A DNA stretch of 64,000 nucleotides from NCBI RefSeq assembly GCF_028368995.1, contig NZ_JAQNDL010000002.1, positions 352,001 to 416,000 on the forward strand, written 5' to 3'. Shown here in pieces: positions 1 to 10,693 of the stretch. The translations under genes and the position numbers were made by a program. Position 1 is the stretch's first letter, and every line of letters begins with the position of its first letter. The notes below the pieces were generated by a model. That model worked only from the letters and a program-made list of their open reading frames with translations, was not told the DNA's origin and ran no database searches. This DNA is from Nannocystis bainbridge. Its GTDB lineage: Bacteria > Myxococcota_A > Polyangia > Nannocystales > Nannocystaceae.

Positions 1-1108
1 ACAGGTGGCGAAGGGGGTCTCGGCGCCGGACGTCCGGCCCACGCTGGCCCCGCAGGCGATCGCCGCGGCCGGGCAGGTGGTCGAGCGCGAGCTGCTGCGC
101 CGCCTGGCCGACAAGCCGAAGTTCGCCACCTGCGTGCTCGACGAGGGGCTGCGCGACGTGATCGTGCCGTTCAACGAGCGCACGGCCAGCCGCGCCGCGG
201 TGTCGCTGTCGCGCGGTACGAAGGTGGCGCTGCCGGCCGGCGAAGTGGTGCGCCTGTTCCTCCACTGGTGTCAGCCGGAGGTCGGCGACTCCACCGATAT
301 CGACCTCTCGGTCGCCTTTTACGACGAGCAATGGGCCTACGTCGGGGTGTGCTCCTATTATCAATTGCGATTCGACGGGGCCGACAAGCGGCCGATCGCG
401 CAGAGCTCGGGCGACCTGCGCGACGCGCCGTACCCCGACGGCGCGGCCGAGTTCGTCGACGTGCACCGCGAGCGCGCCCGGGCCCAGGGCATCCGCTACG
501 CGGTGATGGTGGTCAACAACTACGCTGGCATGCCGTTCTCGAAGCTCGAGCGGGCGTGGGCCGGGATGATGCTGCGCACGGACCTCGGCGGCCGGCAATT
601 CGACGTCCGCAAGGTCGAGCTCAAGTTCGATCTGCAGGGCGAAAACGGGGTGTTCATGCCGCTGGTGCTCGATGTCGCCGAGTCGACGATGCACTGGCTC
701 GACGTGTACACGACCGGTGAATTCGAGTTCAACAACGTGGAGACCTCGAACAAGGCGATCACGAAGATCTGCCCGGAGATGATCGGCTACTTCGCCAGCG
801 GGGCCCGGATCTCGATGTACGAGCTGGCGCTGCTGCACGCGGCGGCCCGCGGCCAGCGGGTGGTGGTGCGTGGGCCAGACGGGCTGCGTGGGTTCGAGCG
901 TGGGGCCGATGAATCGGCGGAGGCGTTCTTGCGGCGGCTCCGCGCCGGTGAGGGGGCGAGCCCGGCGGAGCTGCCCGCGGCCGAGGGAGCGCCGGTGTTC
1001 GCGGCGCTGCTGCACGGCGACGTGGAGCTGCCGGCGGGCAGCGTGTGCTACGCGCTGTTCCGCGAGCGGGTCATCGCTCCGATCGCGGCCAGCGACCTGC
1101 TGACGTGA
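1..1108 (+). CDS. C-terminal part of an MXAN_6230/SCO0854-family protein with a TerD-like domain (5' truncated by window)
   Basis: Motifs RLFLHWCQPE, TDIDLSVAFYD, SSGDLRDAP, GAAEFVD, VNNYAGMPF resemble this TerD-related family. The frame is open to the window edge. Confidence 0.7.
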   Translation, partial: QVAKGVSAPDVRPTLAPQAIAAAGQVVERELLRRLADKPKFATCVLDEGLRDVIVPFNERTASRAAVSLSRGTKVALPAGEVVRLFLHWCQPEVGDSTDIDLSVAFYDEQWAYVGVCSYYQLRFDGADKRPIAQSSGDLRDAPYPDGAAEFVDVHRERARAQGIRYAVMVVNNYAGMPFSKLERAWAGMMLRTDLGGRQFDVRKVELKFDLQGENGVFMPLVLDVAESTMHWLDVYTTGEFEFNNVETSNKAITKICPEMIGYFASGARISMYELALLHAAARGQRVVVRGPDGLRGFERGADESAEAFLRRLRAGEGASPAELPAAEGAPVFAALLHGDVELPAGSVCYALFRERVIAPIAASDLLT

Positions 1109-1142
1109 GCGGCGGTCCGGCTGTCCGCTCGCGGCGGTCCGC

Positions 1143-1790
1143 GTGCGCGACCTCGACGCGGCTGCTAGCATCGAGGACGGCTCGATGCGCGCGCTCGAAG
1201 CACAGCCCCGGATCGCCCGCGAGTCGTATCGCAGCTTCGCCGAGACGGCGCTCGAGCGGGCGCTGCGGGAGGGGCTGCCGGCCTGGTCGGAGCCGGGGCC
1301 GCCGCACGAGCTGTGGGCCGCGGCGCGCATGGCCGGGATGTTCACCGGGCTGGTGTGCGCGGTGGCGATGGTGCCGCAGGTGTTCGCGGCGCTGCTGCTG
1401 TGGAACGTGCTGGCGCTGGTCCGCAGCGCGCAGGGCCGCGAGCCGCCGGCGGATCGCTGGCTGCGCGGGCGGATCGGCCGCTACCGGGTGCCGGTCGGCG
1501 ATCTGAAGCACTGGCAGCTTCACGGCGCGGTGTGGTTCGGGCGCGTCGAGCTGGTGCTGCGGCGCGCTCACGAGCTGGCGGCGGAGGCGGTGCGGGTGGT
1601 CGAGCCCGAGGCACGCCTGGCGTGGACTGGGCCGAGGCGGCTGCGGGTGGAGGTGCCGTGGACGCGCCAGGGCGGCGATCACCGCCGGTTCGATCGCCTG
1701 GTCCGCTTCCTGGCGGCCCACCGCGACGAGCTGCAGCTCGAGCGGATCACCCTGGTGCCGCGGGAGGGACATGGCCCGAAAGACACATAG
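1143..1790 (+). CDS. hypothetical membrane protein
   Basis: Hydrophobic stretch (MFTGLVCAVAMVPQVFAALLLWNVLALV). Follows the previous gene closely. Start uncertain. Confidence 0.55.
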   Translation: MRDLDAAASIEDGSMRALEAQPRIARESYRSFAETALERALREGLPAWSEPGPPHELWAAARMAGMFTGLVCAVAMVPQVFAALLLWNVLALVRSAQGREPPADRWLRGRIGRYRVPVGDLKHWQLHGAVWFGRVELVLRRAHELAAEAVRVVEPEARLAWTGPRRLRVEVPWTRQGGDHRRFDRLVRFLAAHRDELQLERITLVPREGHGPKDT

Positions 1791-1815
1791 GCGGTGATGC
1801 GGGCGGTGGGTGTCG

Positions 1816-1853
1816 CGAGATGGCGCGAGGGACATGTTCTTTAGAGCATGTCT
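1816..1853. repeat. CATG-box array (14-bp period)
   Basis: GATG/CATG cores at 1819, 1833, 1847 (GGACATGTTC-ttta-GAGCATGTCT). A further box lies at 1770. Between convergent genes. Confidence 0.7.
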
Positions 1854-1882
1854 TCGATCACCCTGCGCCGAGGTCGAGGCGA

Positions 1883-2974
1883 TCAGCCGCGGGCGCGCCA
1901 GTCGGCCAGGGCCTTCGCCTCCTGCTCCGGGGTGATGGCGAACTCCGGGGCGTCGCGGCGCTCGGCTGGGACGGTCGGCCACCAGGCGAGGGTGTCGCGC
2001 ACGGTCTCGGCGAGCGGGCGGAACCGCAGGCCGGCGGCCACGGCCCTGGCGTTGCGCGTCGACATGTGGCCGAGGTCGTTGCCCTTCAACATGACCCAGG
2101 GGACAGCATCCGAGATGCCGTGGGCCTCGAGGAACGCGTAGTCGTCGACCCACACCAGGCGGGCTTCGGGGTTGACCGCCGCCTGCGCGGCCGCGAGGAA
2201 CTGCGGCATGGTCATCGGCTCGCGCGGGCCGACGGCGTTGTAGATCCCGCTGCGGCCGTCCTCGAGCAGACGCAGCATGAATTCGGCGAGGTCGCGGACG
2301 TCGATCAGCTGGACCGGATCGCCCGGGCGCCCGGGGGCGAGCACGTCGCCGCCGCGCTGCAGCCGGACCGGCCAGTAGGGGAAGCGATCGGTGGTGTCGC
2401 CGGGGCCGACGATGTAGGTCGGGCGGACGACGAGGCCGCGCTCGCCGAAGGCCTGCAGGACCTCGCGCTCGCTGCGAGCCTTGGCGACCCCGTAGGCCTC
2501 GGAGCCGTCGGCGGGATCGGTGGCCTCGAGGCGCACGGGCCAGGCCTCGTCGGCGCCCGCTCGCAAATAGGGGTAGTAGACGCCGGTCGAGGAGGTATAG
2601 AGATAGCGGCCGACCTGGTCCTTGAGCAATTGCGCGGACTGCCGGACCCACTCGGGGCGGGTGGCGGAGTCGTCGACGACGATGTCCCAGCGCCGGCCGA
2701 CGAGGGCTTCGAGCTGGCCGTCGCGGTCGCCGGTGAGGCGCTCGACGCCGGCGGGCAGCTCGGCTTGTCGGCGGCCGCGGGTGAAGATCGTGACACGATG
2801 GCCGCGGGCGACGGCGTGGCGGACCAGGTGCGGGCCGATGAAGCCGGTGCCGCCGAGGACGAGCAGGTCGAGCGGGCGGGCAGGACTGTCGGGGGCGACG
2901 ACGGCCGGCCGCGGGCCGCAGGCAGCAGCCGACAGGGCGGCGGAGAGCGCGAGGAAGCGGCGACGGGTGGGCAT
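1883..2974 (-). CDS. NAD-dependent epimerase/dehydratase (extended SDR) with Tat/lipoprotein signal
   Basis: MPTRRRFLALSAALSAAAC signal, GGTGFIG Rossmann motif, YGVAK (YxxxK), RPTYIVGP. Confidence 0.85.
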   Translation of the reverse strand: MPTRRRFLALSAALSAAACGPRPAVVAPDSPARPLDLLVLGGTGFIGPHLVRHAVARGHRVTIFTRGRRQAELPAGVERLTGDRDGQLEALVGRRWDIVVDDSATRPEWVRQSAQLLKDQVGRYLYTSSTGVYYPYLRAGADEAWPVRLEATDPADGSEAYGVAKARSEREVLQAFGERGLVVRPTYIVGPGDTTDRFPYWPVRLQRGGDVLAPGRPGDPVQLIDVRDLAEFMLRLLEDGRSGIYNAVGPREPMTMPQFLAAAQAAVNPEARLVWVDDYAFLEAHGISDAVPWVMLKGNDLGHMSTRNARAVAAGLRFRPLAETVRDTLAWWPTVPAERRDAPEFAITPEQEAKALADWRARG

Positions 2975-3104
2975 GGCCTGTCGCAAGGGTACGAGGCCGG
3001 GGGCGGGCCGCAAAGCGGCGCGCAGCCGGTTGGCCATGGACGGCCGGCTCGCTCCCTGCGACTCACGGCAGGCTGACCCGACGGTGCGGGCGATTCGTGG
3101 ATCG

Positions 3105-4262
3105 CTACGGCATGTTGGACTGCGGCAGGACCGACAGCTCGAGCGGGGCGTGGCCGTTGTAGCCGACGGCGTGTTGATTCCAGACCATCGCCTCCGGCCG
3201 CGGCTGGACGCGACCGGCGTCGTCGCTGGCCCGCGCCATCAGGCGGTAGCGTCCGGGCTCGGCGTCCTTCCACGTCACCTCGAAGCGGACCCACATCATC
3301 GGCTCCGGCGCGTGAAGGAGCTTGGCCGACCGCCACCCGGGCTCCCAGATCGGGGCCCACCGGTCCTGCGCGACCTGGCGATCGATCCGGACCTCGACCT
3401 GCTCGATCGCCCCGGCGCCCGACCACGCGCGCCCGTGGAGGGTCCGATCGCCGGGGCCGAGGGTGATGTCCTCGGCCAGCTCGAACGCGCTGCGCACGGG
3501 GCCCACCGTGGCCAGGATCGGCTCGGCGTAATCGGGGCCCGCGAGCACCTGATTGCGCTGAAAGTGGGTGAGCGGCAGCGGCTCCTGCGAGACCTCGATC
3601 CGGCCGAGCCACTTGACCGCAGAGTTGGCACCCCAGCCGGAGAAGATCGCGCGCAGGGGATAGCCGTGATCGATCGGCAGCGGCTCGTCGCGCATGCGAT
3701 ACGCGAGCAGGGTGTCGTCCGCCAGGACCTTGTCGATGGCGATCACCTGCGAATACGGCAGATCGCCGGCCTCGGTGGCCACGGCGTCGAGGCTGGTGAA
3801 CTGCGCGTTGGCGGCCGGGCCGAGCCCGACGGCGTCGAGGAGGTCCTTGACCCGCACGCCCGTCCACTCGGTCGCCCCGACGGCGCCGAAGTGCCATTGT
3901 GTCCACCCGGTGGGCAACCACTTGATGCTCTGGTACGGCGAGACCCGGGGGAAGAATGCGCGGCAGTTGACGCCGCAGTCGAGGACGCGGCGGCAGGTGA
4001 CGGCCGGGAACGCGAGCAGTTCGTCGTAGGTGAAGGCGCGCGGCTTGGCGACGGCGCTGCCGGCGACGTGGAGGCGCCAGGTGGTGAGGTCGATCGGGGG
4101 CGGGGCGGCGCGGCTGTGGATGTACATGCGATCGTTGGGGACGAGGTCGCCGTATTCGGGCGCGGCGCCGAAATTCATCTCCTCCGAGCCGTTGCCCCGC
4201 GAGATGAAATAGGCCGAGGGCGTCGGCTGGACGACGTAATTGGGCGGTGGCTTCGGCGGCAC
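3105..4262 (-). CDS. sulfite oxidase family molybdopterin oxidoreductase
   Basis: VLDCGVN (Mo-ligand Cys), WTGVRVKDLL, LPIDHGYPLR, VKWLGRIEV and a C-terminal dimerisation domain (ARASDDAGRVQP). GTG start with AGAGGGG SD. Confidence 0.88.
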   Translation of the reverse strand: MPPKPPPNYVVQPTPSAYFISRGNGSEEMNFGAAPEYGDLVPNDRMYIHSRAAPPPIDLTTWRLHVAGSAVAKPRAFTYDELLAFPAVTCRRVLDCGVNCRAFFPRVSPYQSIKWLPTGWTQWHFGAVGATEWTGVRVKDLLDAVGLGPAANAQFTSLDAVATEAGDLPYSQVIAIDKVLADDTLLAYRMRDEPLPIDHGYPLRAIFSGWGANSAVKWLGRIEVSQEPLPLTHFQRNQVLAGPDYAEPILATVGPVRSAFELAEDITLGPGDRTLHGRAWSGAGAIEQVEVRIDRQVAQDRWAPIWEPGWRSAKLLHAPEPMMWVRFEVTWKDAEPGRYRLMARASDDAGRVQPRPEAMVWNQHAVGYNGHAPLELSVLPQSNMP

Positions 4263-4524
4263 GAGGTCCCCTCTTTGCGAGAAGAAGAATCGCCGGTCGC
4301 GACCGTGCGCGGCGGCGACCTCGAAAGCTATCACTGCGAGCTCGGCCGGCAACGGCGGCCCGGACGGTCCGCGCGGGGGAACGCGGTGTGCGGTGATTCT
4401 TGGCGGTCGACGCGAGCGTGGGCCTGCGTCACTCAGGGCGGCGTGAGGGGGCCGCAGCGCACGCCTGCGCGGGCTTCGCGGGCGGCGCGGTGCGTGAACG
4501 AGCCGGCGAAGGGTCGAAAAAGTC

Positions 4525-4870
4525 CGCGCAATCTCGCTCGCTGACGGAGCATCGTCTGCCATCGCGGCCATGCGCGAGAGGACATGTCCGAATGGACATG
4601 TGAATGGGCGAGAGTCTGCGCGATCTCGCTCGCGACCATCGTCCGCCATCTCGGGCATGGGCGAGAGGACATGTCCGAATGGACATGTGAAATGTCGATG
4701 GTTCGCGCAATCTCTCGCGGACGGAGCATTCTCCTCTATCGCGAGCATGGTCGAGAGGACATGTCCGCATAGACATGTTAAGGGGCGAAGGGCCGCGCAA
4801 TCTCGCTAGTGATCCTCGCCCGCCATCCCGGGCATGCGCGAGAGCACATGTCCGGGTGGACATGTCTATA
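4525..4870. repeat. tandem array of four ~87-90 bp units, each with three CATG boxes at 14-bp spacing
   Basis: CATG at 4569/4583/4597, 4656/4670/4684, 4746/4760/4774, 4833/4847/4861. Shared GCAATCTCGC and GAGAGGACATGTCCG motifs. Confidence 0.9.
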
Positions 4871-4883
4871 AAAAAGCCCAGGT

Positions 4884-5849
4884 TCAGCGATAGGCGCCGC
4901 GTGGCGCGACGCCCGTGGTCGCGTGAATCACGGGCGGGACCCCGGCTGGCGCCGACGGCCACTGCACCTCGTAGGCCGCGCCGGGCTCGACGATCGCCTC
5001 GAACAGCTCGAACTGGCCGTCGGCGAGGAACAGGCCGCGCTGGCGGAGGAAGCGCTGGCGGGCGCTCTCGGTCATGGCGGGCCGGGTGACGGCGGTGAGC
5101 GGCAGGCCGAGGGTGACGGCGTCGGCCTCGACGTGGCGACCGTCGATGTCGAACGCGCTCGAACGCATCTCGCGGAGGACCCAGATCGGCGGCCAGGCGT
5201 CGCCGGGCGCGTCGAACAGGACGCCGAGCTCGTAGCCGAGGCACGGGCGGCCGGAGAACGGGGCGGCGAGCAGCGGGCCGCGGGGCTGCGGCTGGCCGAC
5301 GGCGCGCGCGGCCACGACGGCCTCGGCGGCGACCAGCGGCAGCGGCATGTGCCAGCGCGTGGGTCGGCTGCTGCCGCGCAGCATCAACGCGCGGCCGATC
5401 CGGCGCCGGCCGAGGCGATGGGCCAGGGCCGTGGCGCCGCCGCCGAGGCCGAGCAGCGACGGCCAGCCGAGCGCGACGAGACCGGCCAGCGCGAGGCCGC
5501 CGGCGCAGCCGATGCCGATCGCCGCGCCGGCCGCAACGGACGCGAGACGGACCTGCCACTTGAGGCGGTCGGGCGGGTGCCGACGCTCCTCCTCCTCGCG
5601 CTCGCGCAGGGCCTCGGCGACGTGCCAATAGTCGAGGTCGATCCAGGCCGTGCGCCCGCACGAGGGGCAGGCCGGATCGGTGTCGCAGAGGTAACCGCAG
5701 ACGTCGCACAGGAACATGCAGTCGAACGATTCCTTCGGCGAGCCTGCGCCCAATTGATGCGGGCGGATCGAGCTGCGCTTGCTGGCGATGACGGCCTGCT
5801 CGCGCTTGAGGCGGGCGATGGCGTCGACTGTGGCTCCGCCCCAGACCAT
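4884..5849 (-). CDS. hypothetical membrane protein with N-terminal zinc-ribbon
   Basis: CDVCGYLC...CPSCG, then two hydrophobic helices. GC3-biased frame. Confidence 0.65.
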   Translation of the reverse strand: MVWGGATVDAIARLKREQAVIASKRSSIRPHQLGAGSPKESFDCMFLCDVCGYLCDTDPACPSCGRTAWIDLDYWHVAEALREREEEERRHPPDRLKWQVRLASVAAGAAIGIGCAGGLALAGLVALGWPSLLGLGGGATALAHRLGRRRIGRALMLRGSSRPTRWHMPLPLVAAEAVVAARAVGQPQPRGPLLAAPFSGRPCLGYELGVLFDAPGDAWPPIWVLREMRSSAFDIDGRHVEADAVTLGLPLTAVTRPAMTESARQRFLRQRGLFLADGQFELFEAIVEPGAAYEVQWPSAPAGVPPVIHATTGVAPRGAYR

Positions 5850-5999
5850 GCTCGCAGGATAGCCGAGGTCCGTGGACCGCGGAATACGCGGGGAGCGAGG
5901 TCGGTTCCGCCCGACGAACCAAAGGCGGTGGGGCGGTCGTGTGCGCGAAATCGTGGCAATGTCGTGCCTGCCGGCCTGGTCATCGTAAAGGGAGAGGAC

Positions 6000-6734
6000 A
6001 TGCAGTTTCACAACTTTGGAATGATCTTGATGACATGCGCCCTGGCGGGCTGTCCGGGCGAGAAGAACGACACCGAAGGCGGCACCGATCCGACGGCGAC
6101 GGGCGGCGAATCGGCGTCGACGAGCGACGGAGCGACGGGGCCGACGACCTCGGGATCGACGGCGACGAGCACCGGCGAGGCGACCGAGCCCGGCGCGACG
6201 AGCACGAGCGACGGCGACGCGACGGGCCCCGGCGAGACGAGCACGAGCACCGGAGAGCCGGGGCCGACGACCTGCGAGAAGTACTGCGCGCTGCTGGTCG
6301 CGTGCATCGGGCTGACGCCGGAGGAGGCCGCGACGTGCCCGCAGGACTGCGAGGCGGAGCTGGTGGAGCTGGATGGCGAGTGCCGGGTCGCGGTGGTGGC
6401 GACGTACGAGTGTCACGCGGAGCTGACCTGCGCGCAGCTCGATGACCTCGAGCAGGGCAAGGTCGGACCGTGCACCGACGAGGGCAAGGCGCAGGAGGAG
6501 GTGTGCGGCTTCGGCGATTCTTGCGAGCTCACCGGCGGGGGCGACGGCTCGGAGAATTGCGAGTACACGCGCAAGTGCGCCGGCGAGCCGGAGATGATGA
6601 TGCGCTGCACCGAGGCGGCTTGCGAGTGCCTCGAGGCGGGGGTCAAGTTCGGCGAGTGTGCTCCCGAGCAGGTCTGCAGCGACATCGCGGGGCTCGAGGC
6701 CAAGGCGCTGTCGTGCTGCGGGATCGGGGCGTGA
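6000..6734 (+). CDS. Cys-rich lipoprotein with Thr-rich linker
   Basis: GGAGAGG SD, lipobox LAGC, Thr/Ser/Gly linker, Cys-rich C-terminus. Confidence 0.8.
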   Translation: MQFHNFGMILMTCALAGCPGEKNDTEGGTDPTATGGESASTSDGATGPTTSGSTATSTGEATEPGATSTSDGDATGPGETSTSTGEPGPTTCEKYCALLVACIGLTPEEAATCPQDCEAELVELDGECRVAVVATYECHAELTCAQLDDLEQGKVGPCTDEGKAQEEVCGFGDSCELTGGGDGSENCEYTRKCAGEPEMMMRCTEAACECLEAGVKFGECAPEQVCSDIAGLEAKALSCCGIGA

Positions 6735-6757
6735 CGGCGGGGCGAGCGGCCGAGCGG

Positions 6758-6781
6758 TGAGATGTCCTCAGGGACATGTCC
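6758..6781. repeat. CATG-box pair (14-bp period)
   Basis: GATG at 6761 and GGACATGTCC with core at 6775, between convergent genes. Confidence 0.6.
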
Positions 6782-6805
6782 TGAAGGTAACCTCGGGATC
6801 GGGCC

Positions 6806-7540
6806 TCAGGAGGGGTCGAGATCGGGGTAGCGGCGGAAGATGCCGTGCTCGTTGAAGGCCAGGCGCCGCGGGGAGGCCAGGTACGCGGCGATGCGCGGGC
6901 GGGCGGCCACGCGGTCGCCCAGGCGCAGCAGCGCGGGCGTGCCGCGGGCGTGGCGGGCGAACGCGTGGGGGAAGGCGTACTCGAGGCCGAGCAGGGCCTG
7001 CAGCAGCGACAGGTCGGCGTGGCAGCAGGCCTCGCCGAGCAGCCACGGGCCGCCGCTGCGCTGCAGCACGCGGTCGAAGTAGGCCAGGAACTTGGGCAGC
7101 CGGGCGTCGCGGAAGGCGGCGGCTCGCAGCGCGGCGGCGTCGCGCTGGTCCTCGTAGTATTGCGCGCTCGAGATCGGGTGGTGGGTGTCGTGGGCCTCGG
7201 CGACGAGGTCGCTGATCGTCAGTTGCAGCTGCATGGCCTCGGCGCGGCCGCCATCTGTCCCCGGGGACAGGTCGTGACGATCGCCGAGGAAGCCGCAGAT
7301 GTTGGCGGTCTGGGCGATCACGAGGTCGCCGGCGCGGAGGATCGGCGGGGCGAAGGCGGGCAGGCCGGGCAACGACTCGAGGGCGCGCACGATGGCCGCC
7401 TCGCCGCCGCCCTCGGAGGCGGGCCGGCGGGCGACGTCGAGGTAGGGCGCGCCGGCGTCCTCGCAGACGAGGCGGACGAACTCGCCGCGGCCGGGGATGC
7501 CGGGCCAGTAGTAGAGCTCGTAGAGATCGGCGGTGGGCAT
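6806..7540 (-). CDS. glutathione S-transferase
   Basis: YELYYWPGIPGRGEFVRL, FAPPIL, IAQTANI, ADLSL, FNEHGIFRRYPDLD. Confidence 0.9.
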   Translation of the reverse strand: MPTADLYELYYWPGIPGRGEFVRLVCEDAGAPYLDVARRPASEGGGEAAIVRALESLPGLPAFAPPILRAGDLVIAQTANICGFLGDRHDLSPGTDGGRAEAMQLQLTISDLVAEAHDTHHPISSAQYYEDQRDAAALRAAAFRDARLPKFLAYFDRVLQRSGGPWLLGEACCHADLSLLQALLGLEYAFPHAFARHARGTPALLRLGDRVAARPRIAAYLASPRRLAFNEHGIFRRYPDLDPS

Positions 7541-7592
7541 GGTGATGAGCGAGTGTGGCCGAGGTCAGGGTCGTCGGCGACGCGCAGAGAGT

Positions 7593-8597
<1,005 letters not shown>

Positions 8598-8708
8598 GGG
8601 CTCACCTTACGCGATGCGGCGGGCGCAGGCCCGAATCGCACCGGTCACAGGGAGGACGGAGGAGTTCGCCGTGGGCGTGCGCCCGATGCTGAGGCATGAT
8701 GACCGGCG

Positions 8709-9746
8709 ATGACGCACGGACGAGCGCAGGCGTTGCCGTCGAGGTGGCCGATCGTGCAGGCGCCGATGGCCGGCGGACCCGACACGCCGGAGCTGGCAGC
8801 GGCAGTGACGAACGCGGGCGGGCTCGGCTCGCTCGGCTGCGCGTACATGACGGCGCGCGAGATCGAGGCGGCGGCGACGAAGCTGCGCTCGCTGACGACG
8901 CAGCCGTTCGCGCTCAACCTGTTCGTCCGCGCCGACGCACCCGACGAGCCGGCCGCGGCGGCGCGCGTGTCGCCGATCCTCGCCGGGTTCCGCCGCGAGC
9001 TCGGGCTGCCCGCCGAGGCGCCGCCGGGGCGCCCGGCGCCGGAGTTCGCGGAGCAGCTGGAGGCGGTGCTGCGGGTCCGACCGGCGGCGTTCAGCTTCAC
9101 GTTCGGGGCGCCGACGCGGGCCCAGATCGAGGCCCTGCAGGCGCGATCGATCGCGGTGATCGGGACGGCGACGACGGTCGAGGAGGCGGAGCTGCTGGCG
9201 TCGCTGGGGGTCGATGCGGTGTGCGCCCAGGGCTCGGAGGCGGGCGGGCACCGCGGGACGTTCCTCGGCTCGTTCACGGACGCGCTGGTCGGGACGATCA
9301 CGCTGGTGCCCCAGATCGCGGCGCGGGTGCAGGTGCCAGTGATCGCGGCGGGCGGGATCATGGACGGTCGGGCGATCCGGGCGATGCTCGGGCTCGGCGC
9401 GGCCGGGGTGCAGCTCGGCACCGCGTTCATGACGTGCCCGGAGGCAGGCACCGGCGCGGCCCACCGCGCGGCGCTGGCGACGGCCGCTCGCACGGTGGTG
9501 ACGCGAGCGTTCAGCGGCAGGCCGGCTCGTGGGATCCGCAATCGCTTCAGCGACGCGTTCGCGGCCGTCGAGGCGGCCCCGTTCCCGCAGCAGCAAGGGT
9601 TGACGCGAGACATCCGCGCGGCCGCGGCGGCGCAGGGCCGGACCGAGATCATGCAAATGTGGGCAGGGCAGGGGGCGCCGCTGGGCCGCCCGCTGCCGGC
9701 GGCCGAGCTGATGGCGCTGCTGATCGCCGAGGCGGAGCTGACGTGA
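8709..9746 (+). CDS. nitronate monooxygenase family flavoprotein
   Basis: PIVQAPMAGG, QGSEAGGHRG, PVIAAGGIMDG, VQLGTAF, TRAFSGRPARG. Confidence 0.92.
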   Translation: MTHGRAQALPSRWPIVQAPMAGGPDTPELAAAVTNAGGLGSLGCAYMTAREIEAAATKLRSLTTQPFALNLFVRADAPDEPAAAARVSPILAGFRRELGLPAEAPPGRPAPEFAEQLEAVLRVRPAAFSFTFGAPTRAQIEALQARSIAVIGTATTVEEAELLASLGVDAVCAQGSEAGGHRGTFLGSFTDALVGTITLVPQIAARVQVPVIAAGGIMDGRAIRAMLGLGAAGVQLGTAFMTCPEAGTGAAHRAALATAARTVVTRAFSGRPARGIRNRFSDAFAAVEAAPFPQQQGLTRDIRAAAAAQGRTEIMQMWAGQGAPLGRPLPAAELMALLIAEAELT

Positions 9747-10160
9747 CGCGCCAGGGAATCATGGCAGTCCATGAATGGCCATAGGGCGCCGCGTGAAGCG
9801 CCGGATCGCGGGGCACCGGCGAGGCGCGAAGAGAGCCGGATTCTCGGTTCGCCGGACGTGGGGGGCGGGTGTGTCGCTTCGGCACATGCGACCACGCAGC
9901 GGGCGGTGAAACGCGTTCTCGCCGGGCTTTCGCGCGGCTGGGCTCGATGGTCGGGGAGCCGCGCATTCCTGTGACGTCGCGGCAGGGTCGGCGGACGATT
10001 CGCGGTCCCGAGCGGCCGGGTGCGCGCATTTCAGGGCCGTAATTCCAGCGAGCTGGACAAAAGCGCGTCGTTCGCGGTACACGTGGTAGCTCGTGCGCGC
10101 GGTCCTCGTAGCTCCGAGGTCCTGCCGGTCGCGCGGAGATGTCCAGCGGTCGGAGGACTC

Positions 10161-10682
10161 GTGCGAACCAGCAGATCGGGCGGACAGTACAACGGCGCCG
10201 CGCTCTATTCATTCTTGCTCGGGCTGGGCCACTCCGAGGCGCTCGTGCACAAGGTGCTGCAGGACGCCGGGGTCGACAGCATCGACCCCAAGCGCTGGTA
10301 CGACATCAACTGGGCGATCGAAGTGTACTTCGCCATCTACGAGAAGATCGGCCGCGGGGCGATGATCGCGGTCGGCAAGAAGATGATCGAGACGGCCCCG
10401 TTCCCGCCCGGCCTCGACGACGTGAAGCGCCTGCTGATGGGCCTCGACGCGGCCTATCGCCTCAACGTGCGCGGCGGCGCCGACCTCGGCGGGATCACCT
10501 GCGAGTTCGACGACGACGACAGCGCGCGGCTGGTGTGGAGCACGCTCGGCCCGTGCCCGCTCAACATCGGCATCATCGAGGGCTGTTGCTCGCGGGTCGG
10601 CGCGGCGGCGCTGGTCGAGCACGGGGCAGGCGGGTGCATGGACGAGGGGGGCTCGTCGTGCACGTATCTGGTGAGCTTCTGA
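10161..10682 (+). CDS. V4R/HNOB-like small ligand-binding protein
   Basis: GGAGG SD before GTG. IDPKRWY, PCPLNIGIIEG and C-terminal EHxxxxCxxxGxxxCTY pattern. Confidence 0.65.
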   Translation: MRTSRSGGQYNGAALYSFLLGLGHSEALVHKVLQDAGVDSIDPKRWYDINWAIEVYFAIYEKIGRGAMIAVGKKMIETAPFPPGLDDVKRLLMGLDAAYRLNVRGGADLGGITCEFDDDDSARLVWSTLGPCPLNIGIIEGCCSRVGAAALVEHGAGGCMDEGGSSCTYLVSF

Positions 10683-10693
10683 GGCGGTCGGCG

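Noticed and set aside
4263-4748. N-terminal extension of the sulfite oxidase ORF (FTCPFGHVLS repeats)
   Set aside because: It is a translation of the non-coding repeat array. A GTG with a good SD at 4262 is the likelier start.
4525-4870. Possible CRISPR array
   Set aside because: The repeats are degenerate, the intervening sequences are homologous to each other, the period is ~88 bp, and there are no cas genes in the window.
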